DNA from: Phycisphaeraceae bacterium
GTDB lineage: Bacteria > Planctomycetota > Phycisphaerae > Phycisphaerales > UBA1924
Assembly: GCA_007693965.1 (NCBI GenBank)
Contig: RECQ01000031.1
Span: 17,771 to 81,770, forward strand
DNA length: 64,000 nt
Direction of reading: 5' to 3'
Part shown: piece by piece, positions 51,580 to 61,326 of the stretch
Layout of the letters: each line of letters starts with the position of its first letter
Position numbering within the stretch: the first letter of the stretch is position 1
Translations under genes and position numbers: made by a program
The notes under the pieces: generated by a model
The model's input: the letters and a program-made list of their open reading frames with translations, nothing else
The model's database searches: none
What the model was told of the DNA's origin: nothing

Positions 51580-54158
51580 GAATCGCCCTCAGTCCCGCCC
51601 GCCTGGAGACGCTCATAGTGTTCGATGCGCTCGCGCCACCGGGAGGCTTCTTCCTCGCGCTCCCAGCGTTCGTACAGCGTCGTCAGCGAGAGCGCGAGGT
51701 CTGCTCTGGTGTCGTACCGCTGCTCCGGAGTGAGCGAGTAGCACTGGAGGAAGAGACCTTCCGCTTCCTCGTACAGGCTGGTCGCCGACTTGAGTTGGCC
51801 GAGGTAGTAGTCGGCGCCCCGAGCGATCGTATGATCCGGCGGCAGCGAGGAATGCGCGATCCGGTGCGACTCATGGAGAAACGGGGCTGCATCCTCGTAC
51901 CTCTGCATGCGGAGATATGCGTCTCCAAGATGTTGCATCGCGATGCCGAGACTGATGTGCTCCGGTCCGAGCACGCGTCGGTAGATCTCGATGCACTCTT
52001 CGAGCAGCGGCACGGCCTCCTCGTTCATGCCCGACTGCAGGTAGGCGGTTCCGAGGAAGTTGACCGCGGTGCCCGTTGCGGGGTGGTCGTCGCCGTGCAC
52101 ACTGCGCATGATCGTCACCGATCGCGAGAACCACTCGATCGCTTCTTCGTGCCTGCCCATCCCCCGCAGCACGCGCCCCATGTTCGTGTATGTCATGCCC
52201 GTGGCGGCGTGCTCCTCCCCGAAGACCTCAAGATGGCCATCGACCGACTCAAGAACGACCTGCTCGGCGTCCTCCCACCGGTTCAAAGTGAGCAGGGCCG
52301 CGGAGTAGTTGTGGAGCAGGGCCACCAGGTCCGCGTCGTACCCGTCTGTCTGTGCGCGCCGAAGCTCCATCGCCTCATGGTAGAGCTCGATCGCCTCATC
52401 CAGTCGTCCGAGCTGTCTCAGAACAATGGCCAGATTGTTTGCGGCGAATGACACCTGGTTCAGATCCACAGGTTCGACTTTTCGACGCAGCTCCAGAGCC
52501 GCGCGCAGATGCATCACAGCCGATTCGTAATCGCTGAGGCTCCGATACGTGTTGCCGATGGCGTTGCGGACCGTCGCTTCGAGCGCCGGCTGATCGCGGA
52601 ACGCATCGCCGACGCGCTCCGCCGCGTTGCCCAGCGCCTCGGCGACCGTCACATTCCGGCCCCGCGCCTCCTCGGGGCGCACCGAGGCGAGCAGGTCGTT
52701 CAGCAAAAATGCGTTGACGGCCTCGGTCTCCTCCGCCGCCTGCGCTGCGCGTCGGCGCGCTTCCTCGGCCTCGATCAGACGAGCCTCGGCCAGGCGGCGC
52801 TGTTCGATCTCCGCGTCGCGCGCCTCGCGCGCTGACGCCTCGGCGCTCACCGCCCGCACCATGCCCACCGTCAGCGCCGCGGCGCCGGCGAGCATCGCCA
52901 GCGCCGCCACCGTCGCCGCCGCCACACCGGCGCGGTGCCGGCGCACGAACTTCGACGCCCGATACCCCGCGCTCGGCGGCCGGGCCAGCACCGGCTCGCT
53001 CGACAGGTGCCGCTCCAGATCCTGCGACAGCTCCGACGCCGACGCATAGCGCCGGGCCGGGTCCTTCTCCATCGCCCGCATCACGATCCAGTCCAGGTCG
53101 CCTCGGAGCAGGCGTCGGTGCTCGGCCGGCTCAAGCCGGCGCAAGGCCGCGGCTTCGGCGGCGCTGTCGCCCAGCGACGACGCCCGCACGCTGGGCCGCG
53201 GCGCCTCGTCCTCGCGGATCCTTCGCTGCAGCTCCAGCAGACCGCCCGGGCGCAGCGATTGCGACTCAAAGGGCGGCGCCCCCGTGATCAGCTCGTACAG
53301 CACCACGCCCAGCGAATAGATGTCGGTGCGCGTGTCCACCACATCCATCCCCGTGCCCGCGGCGCCCGCCTGCTCGGGGCTCATGTATTCCGGCGTCCCC
53401 ACCACCTGCCCCATCTCGGTGAACCGAGTCATTCCCGCGCCCGTTGTATCGATCGCCTTGGCGACGCCGAAGTCGATCACCTTCACCTCGGCGTCGTCGT
53501 CCACCTCCGTCACCATGATGTTCGACGGCTTGAGATCGCGGTGGATGATTCCCTTCTGGTGCGCATGCTGCACGGCGCCGCACACCTGCATGAAGAGGCG
53601 CAGGCGCGACTCGACATCCAGCCGGCTCCCGTCGCAGTGTGCTGTAATGGGAACGCCGGGGACGTGCTCCATCACGAAGTAGGGCCGCCCCTGCGCGGTG
53701 GCGCCGGCGTCGTAGACGCGGGCCACGTGCGGATGGTCCATCATCGCCAGCGCTTGCCGCTCGGCCTCGAAGCGGGCCACGACGCTGCGCGTGTCCATGC
53801 CCAGCTTGATGACCTTCAGCGCCACCGATCGGCGCACCGGCTCGGTCTGCTCCGCCAGGTACACCACCCCGAAGCCGCCGGCGCCGAGGCGTCGGATGAG
53901 GCGATAGCGCCCGATGGTGGCGCCGACGTCGTCGTCTTCGGAAGGGATGAGCCCCGACGCCGCGGCGACCGCGCCGGCGTCGGCGCCGAGAAATCCCGTG
54001 GACATCTCGTCGTCGCAGCGCAGCAGCTCTTCGACCTCCGCGCGCAGCGCCATATTCCCGGCGCACCGCTCATCGAGCAGCCGCCGACGCCCCTCGGCGT
54101 CGAGCTCGACCGCCCGGTCGAAGATCTCCCTCGCGCTGTCGGCGCCCGCCCCGCTCAC
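51576..54158 (-). CDS. Ser/Thr protein kinase with the conserved N-terminal leader (EIFDRAVELDAEGRRRLLDERCAGNMALRAEVEELL), one TM helix and C-terminal TPR repeats
   Basis: Kinase motifs GAGGFGVVY, VALKVIK, HRDLKPSNIMV, DFGVAK, GTPEYMSPEQ. TPR-like C-terminal repeats. GTG start overlaps the sigma-factor stop (GTGA). Confidence 0.85.
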   Translation of the reverse strand: MSGAGADSAREIFDRAVELDAEGRRRLLDERCAGNMALRAEVEELLRCDDEMSTGFLGADAGAVAAASGLIPSEDDDVGATIGRYRLIRRLGAGGFGVVYLAEQTEPVRRSVALKVIKLGMDTRSVVARFEAERQALAMMDHPHVARVYDAGATAQGRPYFVMEHVPGVPITAHCDGSRLDVESRLRLFMQVCGAVQHAHQKGIIHRDLKPSNIMVTEVDDDAEVKVIDFGVAKAIDTTGAGMTRFTEMGQVVGTPEYMSPEQAGAAGTGMDVVDTRTDIYSLGVVLYELITGAPPFESQSLRPGGLLELQRRIREDEAPRPSVRASSLGDSAAEAAALRRLEPAEHRRLLRGDLDWIVMRAMEKDPARRYASASELSQDLERHLSSEPVLARPPSAGYRASKFVRRHRAGVAAATVAALAMLAGAAALTVGMVRAVSAEASAREARDAEIEQRRLAEARLIEAEEARRRAAQAAEETEAVNAFLLNDLLASVRPEEARGRNVTVAEALGNAAERVGDAFRDQPALEATVRNAIGNTYRSLSDYESAVMHLRAALELRRKVEPVDLNQVSFAANNLAIVLRQLGRLDEAIELYHEAMELRRAQTDGYDADLVALLHNYSAALLTLNRWEDAEQVVLESVDGHLEVFGEEHAATGMTYTNMGRVLRGMGRHEEAIEWFSRSVTIMRSVHGDDHPATGTAVNFLGTAYLQSGMNEEAVPLLEECIEIYRRVLGPEHISLGIAMQHLGDAYLRMQRYEDAAPFLHESHRIAHSSLPPDHTIARGADYYLGQLKSATSLYEEAEGLFLQCYSLTPEQRYDTRADLALSLTTLYERWEREEEASRWRERIEHYERLQAGGTEGDS

Positions 54159-54760
54159 AGCTCGCCCTCCTCGCCAGCGCCGACGCCGGGGAGCGAGCCG
54201 CCATCCAGCTCCTTCTTCAGCTTCGCCCGCGCGTAGCGCCACTCGCGGGCCGCCGTCCGCTCGGAGACGCCGACCGCCTGCGCCGTCTGCTCCATCGTGA
54301 GCCCCGCGAAGAAGTGCAGCATCACCACCTGGTGGGCCCGCGGCTCGCTCGCTTCGAGAGAGCGCAGCGCCTCGTCGAGCGCCAGCATGTCGATCACCGG
54401 GCTCTCGATGGCGGGCTCTGCGTGGTCAAGATCGATCGCGCGCCGACCCCCGCCGCGTTTGAGCGTGGCCTTGCGCCGGGCCTGCTCGACGAGAATGTCG
54501 CGCATCGCCTGGGCCGCGGCGCCGAAGAAGTGGGCCCGGTTCTCCCACCCCGGGTCCTCCTCCCCGATCAGGCGCATGTACGCCTCGTGCACCAGCGCCG
54601 TCGGCTGCAGCGTATTGCCCGGCGGCGTGCGCGCCAGCCGGGCCCGCGCCAGCGCCCGCAACTCGTCGTACACCAGCGGCAACAGCTCTTCGCCGGCGCG
54701 GTCGTCGCCGGAGCGAAGGGTCTCGAGGATGCGCGTCACCCGTTGCTCGCCGCTGCTCAT
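54155..54760 (-). CDS. ECF-type sigma-70 family RNA polymerase sigma factor (kinase-associated type)
   Basis: Region-2 (LVHEAYMRLI) and region-4 HTH (LTMEQTAQAVGVSERTAAREWRYARAKL). 201 aa. Confidence 0.85.
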   Translation of the reverse strand: MSSGEQRVTRILETLRSGDDRAGEELLPLVYDELRALARARLARTPPGNTLQPTALVHEAYMRLIGEEDPGWENRAHFFGAAAQAMRDILVEQARRKATLKRGGGRRAIDLDHAEPAIESPVIDMLALDEALRSLEASEPRAHQVVMLHFFAGLTMEQTAQAVGVSERTAAREWRYARAKLKKELDGGSLPGVGAGEEGEL

Positions 54761-54900
54761 GGGAGTTGGGGAGGAATGTGAGATGTGGGAATGAACGTTC
54801 TCGACCGCCGATCTTACTCACTAGCGGCCCGGGCTGGAACAGAGAATGTCGGGGCGGCCCACATTCATTCCCCGCTCTCAAGGAACATCCATCCCGTTCT

Positions 54901-56469
54901 TCACCGTCCGCCCGCCTCCTCGTCGCGGCTGATCATGGCGTCGAGCATGGTGCCGATGAGGGCTGTGGTCTCGCCTCCGAGGCCGTTGTTGTTCCGCTCG
55001 CCGGCCACCATGACCCGCGGCGTGATCTGCACGCCACGCTCGCCGACGATGCGGAGCATCTCGATCGTCGCCGCGTTGGCGCGTCCGATCTGGCGGGCGA
55101 TGGCCTCGTACGCCTCGGCCTGGGCCTCGGCCTCGATGCGGATCGCCTCGGCCTCGCCCTGGGCCATGATGACGCGGCGCTGCCGGTCCTCCTCCGCGAT
55201 CTGAACCTCGTACCGCGCCGTCTCGAGGCGGCGCACCTCCTCGACCTGCTGCTCGGCCCGGGCCAGATCCTGCTCGCGCTCCGCGGCCCGCTGCTGCTCG
55301 GCGAAGGTCTCCTGCTGCTCCGCCGCGATGCGCCGGTCGGTCTGCGTCTTGAGCAGGGCGCCGAGCGTCTGCTCGTCGCCGACATCGCCGATGCGGACGG
55401 CCGTGACGGTCACGCCCATTTTGCTCATCTCCTCATCGAGCATGACCAGCGACTGTCGCTCCTGCTGCGACCGCTCGCGCACATAATCCAGCGCCTGCAC
55501 GTTCTCGGCGTTGTTGCGGAAAATAGCCCGCACCGCCGAGTTGAGCACTTCCTGCAGCGGCTGCTGATCGCCGCCGAGCCTGGCGACCACCAGCGGCGCG
55601 TTGCGCGGCTCGATCTCGAACTCGACGCGCACATCCACGGGGAAGGTGAAGCCGTCCGCCGAGCGCACGCGGATCTCGCGCTCCTCGCCGCGACGGTCGT
55701 GCATGGCGTAGCGCACCACGCGCTTGGCGGTGGAGATGTGCGTGATCTCATACGCCTTGGTGTTGATGTAGAGCTTCTGTTCGGAGAAGGGCTCGCGCCA
55801 GATGCCGCGCTCGCCCGTGGCGACCAGCCGCTCCGGCGTCTCCTCAAGCCCCGGAGGCAGGTCGCCCACGTTCGACTTCACAACGCCCACCGTCGCCTGC
55901 TCGATGTTCGTCACCGGGATCCGCTCGATCTCGAAGAGACGCGGATTGATTCGGTAGGTGCCGGGGGTCAGCACGCTGGTCTGCGGCCCGCGGTAGCCGC
56001 CGCCGTCGGTGAGAAAGTTGGTCGCATCCAGCATGCGCTGAAACTCACCCTCGCCCCACTCCGGCGCAAAGACGTGGCCCGTGGGCATGGGCAGCCCGTC
56101 GCGGGCCGTGATCAGGCCGATCTCGTCGTCGCGGATCTCGATCAGCGGGTGAATCTCCACCGCGTACACCACCGGCCACAGCCAGGGGTGCCAGCCGGGC
56201 CCCAGGATCCGCGACTGCGGCCCCTTCTCCCCGTCCACCGCGATGATCCGCCCCTCCGGCAGGCTCCGCGCCCCGACGTTCTTCACCACAATGCCCACCT
56301 CGTTGGCGCCGACATACTGCACCGAGCTGAGCACGGTGAAGACCACGACCACCGCGACAGCGCCGCTGATGAGCAGGTTCCGGTGCAGCTTTGTCCGCGC
56401 CTTCGGAATCGCCGAGAGCATCATGACGGCGATTGCCAGACCGACGACAAGAAAGATGAGCGATGACAT
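54901..56469 (-). CDS. SPFH/band-7 (flotillin-like) membrane protein with a C-terminal coiled-coil
   Basis: N-terminal TM, then an SPFH domain, then an E/A/Q/R-rich coiled-coil (EAEAIRIEAEAQAEAYEAIA). Confidence 0.75.
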   Translation of the reverse strand: MSSLIFLVVGLAIAVMMLSAIPKARTKLHRNLLISGAVAVVVVFTVLSSVQYVGANEVGIVVKNVGARSLPEGRIIAVDGEKGPQSRILGPGWHPWLWPVVYAVEIHPLIEIRDDEIGLITARDGLPMPTGHVFAPEWGEGEFQRMLDATNFLTDGGGYRGPQTSVLTPGTYRINPRLFEIERIPVTNIEQATVGVVKSNVGDLPPGLEETPERLVATGERGIWREPFSEQKLYINTKAYEITHISTAKRVVRYAMHDRRGEEREIRVRSADGFTFPVDVRVEFEIEPRNAPLVVARLGGDQQPLQEVLNSAVRAIFRNNAENVQALDYVRERSQQERQSLVMLDEEMSKMGVTVTAVRIGDVGDEQTLGALLKTQTDRRIAAEQQETFAEQQRAAEREQDLARAEQQVEEVRRLETARYEVQIAEEDRQRRVIMAQGEAEAIRIEAEAQAEAYEAIARQIGRANAATIEMLRIVGERGVQITPRVMVAGERNNNGLGGETTALIGTMLDAMISRDEEAGGR

Positions 56470-56633
56470 GACGATTCTCCCGCAAACAGTTTCAGACCAG
56501 ACCGCGCCGACCACCGGGCGGGAAAGGATCGTTCGAGATCCATCCCCGGGCGTTTCGCTGAATCAGTGTATCGAGTGCGGATTTCCACCCGGATGTCCCG
56601 AATCGGGACCCCGGCGACACGCAAGGGTGGAGA

Positions 56634-56741
56634 GTTCTGGGTGCTGAGTTCTGAGTGCTGAGTGGTTGCAGAGCCGAAGCCCTGCACTCAGAACCCAGAA
56701 CCCAGAACTCAGCACTCAGAACTCAGAACTCCTCTAATCCT
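56634..56741. terminator. About 100-nt imperfect palindrome built from GAGTTCT-type heptamers (family B), immediately after the rtcB stop. Candidate transcription terminator or RNA hairpin.
   Basis: gagttctgggtgctgagttctgagtgctgagtg ...loop... cactcagaacccagaacccagaactcagcactcagaactcagaactc. Confidence 0.55.
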
Positions 56742-57954
56742 CCGCCTTCTCCCCCGCCGGCGCCATCTTGACGATCCTCGGATCGAACCGGGCCACCGTC
56801 TCCACCAGGTCGCTCTGGCTCGCCATCACGGTGTCGATGTTCTTGTAGACATCCGGCGCCTCGTCGATCCCGGCGCTGAGCAGCTTCACGCCCCGCTTCT
56901 TGAGCTGGGCGTGGACATCCAGCCAGTGGAGCTTCCGCTTCGCGGCGGTGCGCGACATGACGCGTCCCGCCCCGTGGGCGCACGACTGCAGCGACGCCTC
57001 CGACCCCTTGCCGCGCACGATGTACCCCGGCGCCGCCATTGAGCCGGGGATCACCCCCAGCGCCCCCTTCGACGCGGGCGTGGCGCCCTTGCGGTGCACG
57101 ACCACCTCGCGCCGCGAGCCGTCGGGCAGCGTGTGCGTCTCTTTCCATGCGAAGTTGTGGTGGTTCTCGACCTGTGCCAGCGCGGTCGCGCCCAGATGCC
57201 GCAGGATCTCGCGGTGGATCACCGCATGGTTGGCCGAGGCGTATTCCCCCATCAGCTCCATCGCCGCCCAGTATTCGCGCCCCGCGTCGGTGTCGAGGTC
57301 CAGCCACGCCAGCCGCTTCAGCTCGGAGGGCAGCTCGGGATGCATCCGCATCGCCAGCTTCGAGTAGTGCGAAGCCACCGCAGCCCCCACGCCGCGGCTG
57401 CCGGAGTGGCTGAGCAGGGCGAGATACGTCCCCGCCTTCAGCCCCAGATCGTCCCGAGCCAGCGTCAGCTCGCCGAACTCGACGAAGTGGTTCCCCGAGC
57501 CGCTGGTGCCGAGCTGCGCGATCGCCTTCTCGCGCATCTCCGCGGTTACGGGGGAAACCGACCAGTCGGCGCCCACCACCTCGTGCTCCCGCGGCCTTTT
57601 CCCCCAATTCGACCCCACGCCGAACTTCGTTTCCCGGTTGATTGCGTCCACCAGCCGCTTCTGCCCGGTCGCGAGCGACTCAACCGGCATGTCCAGCACC
57701 GTCAGCTTCACGCGGCAGGCGATGTCCACACCCACGGCGTACGGAATCACCGCGTTCTCCGTCGCCAGCACGCCGCCGATGGGCAGGCCGTAGCCGACGT
57801 GCGCATCCGGCATCAGCGCCCCGGCCAACGAGACGGGCAGCAGGCAGGCGTTCTCCATCTGCTGCACGGACTGCGCATCAAGATCATCGCCCCACCGCTT
57901 CCACGGAACGGGCTCGGAGCGCCAGGGACGGTTGTCGGGCCAGGTCGCGGTCAT
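56734..57954 (-). CDS. rtcB: RNA-splicing ligase RtcB (3'-phosphate/5'-OH RNA ligase)
   Basis: Metal-binding motifs ...DAHVGYG..., GSGNHF, CAHGAGR, and the nucleophile His in NHHNF. 406 aa. Confidence 0.9.
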   Translation of the reverse strand: MTATWPDNRPWRSEPVPWKRWGDDLDAQSVQQMENACLLPVSLAGALMPDAHVGYGLPIGGVLATENAVIPYAVGVDIACRVKLTVLDMPVESLATGQKRLVDAINRETKFGVGSNWGKRPREHEVVGADWSVSPVTAEMREKAIAQLGTSGSGNHFVEFGELTLARDDLGLKAGTYLALLSHSGSRGVGAAVASHYSKLAMRMHPELPSELKRLAWLDLDTDAGREYWAAMELMGEYASANHAVIHREILRHLGATALAQVENHHNFAWKETHTLPDGSRREVVVHRKGATPASKGALGVIPGSMAAPGYIVRGKGSEASLQSCAHGAGRVMSRTAAKRKLHWLDVHAQLKKRGVKLLSAGIDEAPDVYKNIDTVMASQSDLVETVARFDPRIVKMAPAGEKAED

Positions 57955-58015
57955 CAGTCAAGCGTAGGAAGAAAACCTGATGCCGAATGCCCGATGCCTG
58001 ATGCCTTCTTCAGTT

Positions 58016-58966
58016 TCATCCTCCGGGAAGTCGGACCTTCGGCAACGCCTTCTCGATCTCCTCGCGCCGCCCCTCGAACCACGGCGGCAGCCGCAACGCC
58101 GACCCGAGCTCCTCCACAGACTCATCAATCGCCATCCCCGGCCCGTCCGTCGCGATCTCGAAGAGCACGCCGCCGGGCTCGAGGAAGTAGATCGAGCGGA
58201 AGTAGCACCGCTCCTGCACCGTGGTGACGTTGTGCGCCAGCGACGCCAGATCGTTGCGCAGCGTGATCTGCGATTCGTCGTCGGGTGTGCGCCATGCGAC
58301 GTGGTGCACAATCCCGGCGCCGCGGCGGCCGGCGGGGTCGTCGGTTCCGGACCGCACATCCACCATCGCCCCAGCGCCGCCCTGCGCCATCGCGTAGCGC
58401 GTGCGCTCGCCCTCCGCGCCGCTCGCCTGCATCCCGAGTGTTTCGGTCAGCAGTCTCGAGGTGGCGTCGAGCGAGCGCACCGTCATGGTCACGCTGTGCA
58501 TGCGGCGGACGGCGCTGTGCGCGGGAACAACGCCGTCGAACACATTCTCCGCATCCGCCTCCAGCCCCTCGACGCCGATCAGCTCCAGCGGCATGCCGTC
58601 AGGATCCTCCAGCGCAACGACGGTCTCACCGAATCGCTCGCCCGCATCGGTGTGGCCCACATCGAACTCGTCCAGGCGCCGGCGCCAGAAGTCGAGCGAC
58701 GATGCCGGGACGGCGAGCGCGGTCGCCGTCACCTGCCCGGCGCCGGTGCGCCCGCGCGGCAGGCCGCGGTGCGGGAAGAATGTGAGCAGCGTCCCCGGCG
58801 AGCCGGAACGGTCGCCGTAGTAGAGGTGATACGAGGACGGGTCGTCGAAGTTGACGGTCAGCTTCACCAGCCGCAGCCCCAGCGCGCCGGTGTAGAAGTC
58901 GATGTTGCGCTGCGGGTCGGACGCGACGGCGGTGAGGTGATGGATGCCGGGGACAAGCGTGCTCAT
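58016..58966 (-). CDS. VOC-family (glyoxalase/bleomycin-resistance/extradiol dioxygenase) ring-cleaving dioxygenase-like protein
   Basis: Two VOC modules (GIHHLTAVASDPQRNIDFYTGALGLRLVK...; HHVAWRTPDDESQ...YFRSIYFLEPGGVLFEIATD). Start at MSTLVPG; the upstream extension in the track is non-coding-like. Confidence 0.7.
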   Translation of the reverse strand: MSTLVPGIHHLTAVASDPQRNIDFYTGALGLRLVKLTVNFDDPSSYHLYYGDRSGSPGTLLTFFPHRGLPRGRTGAGQVTATALAVPASSLDFWRRRLDEFDVGHTDAGERFGETVVALEDPDGMPLELIGVEGLEADAENVFDGVVPAHSAVRRMHSVTMTVRSLDATSRLLTETLGMQASGAEGERTRYAMAQGGAGAMVDVRSGTDDPAGRRGAGIVHHVAWRTPDDESQITLRNDLASLAHNVTTVQERCYFRSIYFLEPGGVLFEIATDGPGMAIDESVEELGSALRLPPWFEGRREEIEKALPKVRLPGG

Positions 58967-59087
58967 CGATGGTCCTTTGCGGCCGGAAGTGTGTGAACAA
59001 GGGAGCGGGAAAAGCAGTGAGATCGTAGGTCGATGGCGCGGCGAGCGTCCCGCCCCCTTCCGGCGCGGTCGATGTACCATCGGGACC

Positions 59088-60998
59088 ATGAGACTGCATG
59101 TGAAGATCATCCGACTGCTGCTTGCGCTGGCGCTCATGCTCATCGCGCCGACGCCTCTGGCGGTGGCCCAGAACGGGCCGGACGTCGCCGAGACAACTCC
59201 GAACGCCGCGCAAAGCCCCGAGCCCGAACCCGAGCCCGAGCCTGAACCCGCGCCCGAGCGCGACAGCCCGCGCTCGACGATGTTCACCTTCCTCGAGGCG
59301 ATGCACCGCTTCAACGAAGCCCCGATGTACTCACGGGCTCGCTCCGCTGCGATGACCGACGCGGTCGCGTGTCTGTCCGACCCCGGAGGCGTCGGCGGCG
59401 CCGATTTCAGCGACGCCGTCATGCTGCTCGGCGTTCTCAACCGGATCGGCGAGGTCCAGCCGCACACACTCCCGAACCGGCGCGATGTTGCTCGGCGCGG
59501 GATCGACTCCTTCACCTACTTCCCGCAGGAGCTGCGGTCTCACAAGCCCCTCCGGGTCGCGGCGCCGGACGGCGTGATCGAATTCGAGCGCGGCGACGAC
59601 GGCGAATGGCGGTTCTCACCCGAGACCGTCGAGGGAGTTTCGAGCTTCTACCGCGCCGCGGATCATCTTCCCATCGCCTTCGGCGTCCACGAGCGCAAAC
59701 TGAGCCTCTCCATCCGTCTGCGCCAGCTCGTCCCTCCCGCGCTGCGCCGGGACGCCGCTTTCGGGGTCGAGTACTGGCAGTGGATCGGTCTGCTCTTTCT
59801 GATCCTTCTCTCGGTGACGCTGGACTTCACGATCCGCGCGGTGCTGTCGGGCGTGGCCGCCAGAAAGATCCGCCGCCGCAACGAGGAGCCGAACCCCGCC
59901 TCCATCAAGCGCACGGTGCGGCCATTCGGGCTGTTCGCTTCAGCGCTCCTTTTCCTGGGGACGATCCAGCTTCTGGGCCTGCCGGACGGCGCCCTTCTGG
60001 TCGTGCTCCCCGCGATCCGCCTGTTCCTCATGCTCGCGGGCGTGTGGGCCGGCTTCCGCGTGACGGACCTGGTCGCCGAGGTCTTCGCCAAGAAGGCCTC
60101 CCGCACCAAAACGAAATTTGATGATCTGCTCGTCCCGCTGCTCAGGCGCGCCGTCAAGATCTTCATCTTCATCTTCGGCCTCATCTACATCGCCAACAGC
60201 CTTCAGATCGAGATCCTGCCGCTCTTGACCGGCCTGGGCATCGGCGGCCTGGCTTTCGCCTTCGCCGCCCGTGACACCATTGAGAACTTCTTCGGCAGCG
60301 TCGCCGTGCTCATCGACCGACCCTTCGAGGTGGGCGACTGGGTGAAGATCAACGACGTCGAGGGCATCATCGAGACGCTCGGCTTCCGCTCCACACGCGT
60401 GCGCACGTTCCAGAACTCGCTGGTGACGATGCCCAACGCCATCCTGGTGCGCGCCACCGTGGACAACTTCGGGCGGCGCCAGTACCGGCGCACCTGGCAG
60501 GATCTCGGCATCGCCTACGACACACCCCCCGACCGCGTCGAGGCCTTCTGCGAGGGCATCCGCGAGCTCATCCGCAACCACCCGCACACGCGCAAGGATT
60601 TCTACATCGTCAACTTCACCGAGTTCAAGGACGACCACCTGAACATCGTCGTCTGCGTCTTCTTCATCGTTCCCGACTGGGTCGCGGAGATGAACGAGCG
60701 GCAGCGCCTCTTCCTTGACATCATGCGCCTCGCAGACCAGCTCGGCGTCGAGTTCGCCTTCCCCACGCAGACGCTCTACATGCGGAGAGAGCAGTGGCCC
60801 CCCGGCGAGCACGACCCCGCCAAACTGCCCGGCCCCGACGGCCAGAGCGTCGCGCTGGACAAAGGCCGCCAAGCAGCGGCGGATGTGATCGCCGAGGCGC
60901 CGTGGCGAGGGGAAACCCCCGACGCCCGGCCCCGCCCGAAGCGCCCGATGAAGAGCGGCGGCAAGGATCCGACGAAGGCGGGCGAATCAGACACCTGA
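59088..60998 (+). CDS. Mechanosensitive ion channel, MscS family, with N-terminal signal peptide and a periplasmic domain
   Basis: MscS core (LGIGGLAFAFAARDTIENFFGSVAVLIDRPFEVGDWVKINDVEGIIETLGFRSTRVRTFQNSLVTMPNA). Confidence 0.85.
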   Translation: MRLHVKIIRLLLALALMLIAPTPLAVAQNGPDVAETTPNAAQSPEPEPEPEPEPAPERDSPRSTMFTFLEAMHRFNEAPMYSRARSAAMTDAVACLSDPGGVGGADFSDAVMLLGVLNRIGEVQPHTLPNRRDVARRGIDSFTYFPQELRSHKPLRVAAPDGVIEFERGDDGEWRFSPETVEGVSSFYRAADHLPIAFGVHERKLSLSIRLRQLVPPALRRDAAFGVEYWQWIGLLFLILLSVTLDFTIRAVLSGVAARKIRRRNEEPNPASIKRTVRPFGLFASALLFLGTIQLLGLPDGALLVVLPAIRLFLMLAGVWAGFRVTDLVAEVFAKKASRTKTKFDDLLVPLLRRAVKIFIFIFGLIYIANSLQIEILPLLTGLGIGGLAFAFAARDTIENFFGSVAVLIDRPFEVGDWVKINDVEGIIETLGFRSTRVRTFQNSLVTMPNAILVRATVDNFGRRQYRRTWQDLGIAYDTPPDRVEAFCEGIRELIRNHPHTRKDFYIVNFTEFKDDHLNIVVCVFFIVPDWVAEMNERQRLFLDIMRLADQLGVEFAFPTQTLYMRREQWPPGEHDPAKLPGPDGQSVALDKGRQAAADVIAEAPWRGETPDARPRPKRPMKSGGKDPTKAGESDT

Positions 60999-61028
60999 AA
61001 CGCCCGGAGTCGCCTCACCCGGGCGTTG
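60999..61028 (+). terminator. Rho-independent-terminator-like hairpin after mscS
   Basis: aaacgcccgg-agtcgcctca-cccgggcgtt: 9-bp GC-rich stem followed by ttggg...ttt. Confidence 0.4.
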
Positions 61029-61326
61029 GGACAAATTTCATTACGTGTCCGTTGCGAGCAAGAGAAAATCACTTGTGATCAGAGATTCGCCGGCTCGTGC
61101 GGCGTCATTTCAAACGCGGCCGACGCCGCCACGGGCAGCGAAACGCTCGCCGCGATGGCCTGACCGATCGAGCTGATCGCTCCCACCACAACGCGGGCGC
61201 TGTCGTCGATCGACCGGGTCATTCGTGGCGATGTGCTTTCAGCACTCTCTGAGTCGACTCCCGGCGCGAGGCGGCCCATTGGTCCGACGCCGCACCGCGC
61301 GGCCGACGCCCGCTACAGTGTCGCCC

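Noticed and set aside
50074-56466. Plus-strand ORFs (367, 238, 277, 433, 566 aa) opposite gabD, the kinase and the SPFH gene
   Set aside because: Shadow ORFs of strongly supported minus-strand genes. Low-complexity R/A/G/P-rich translations.
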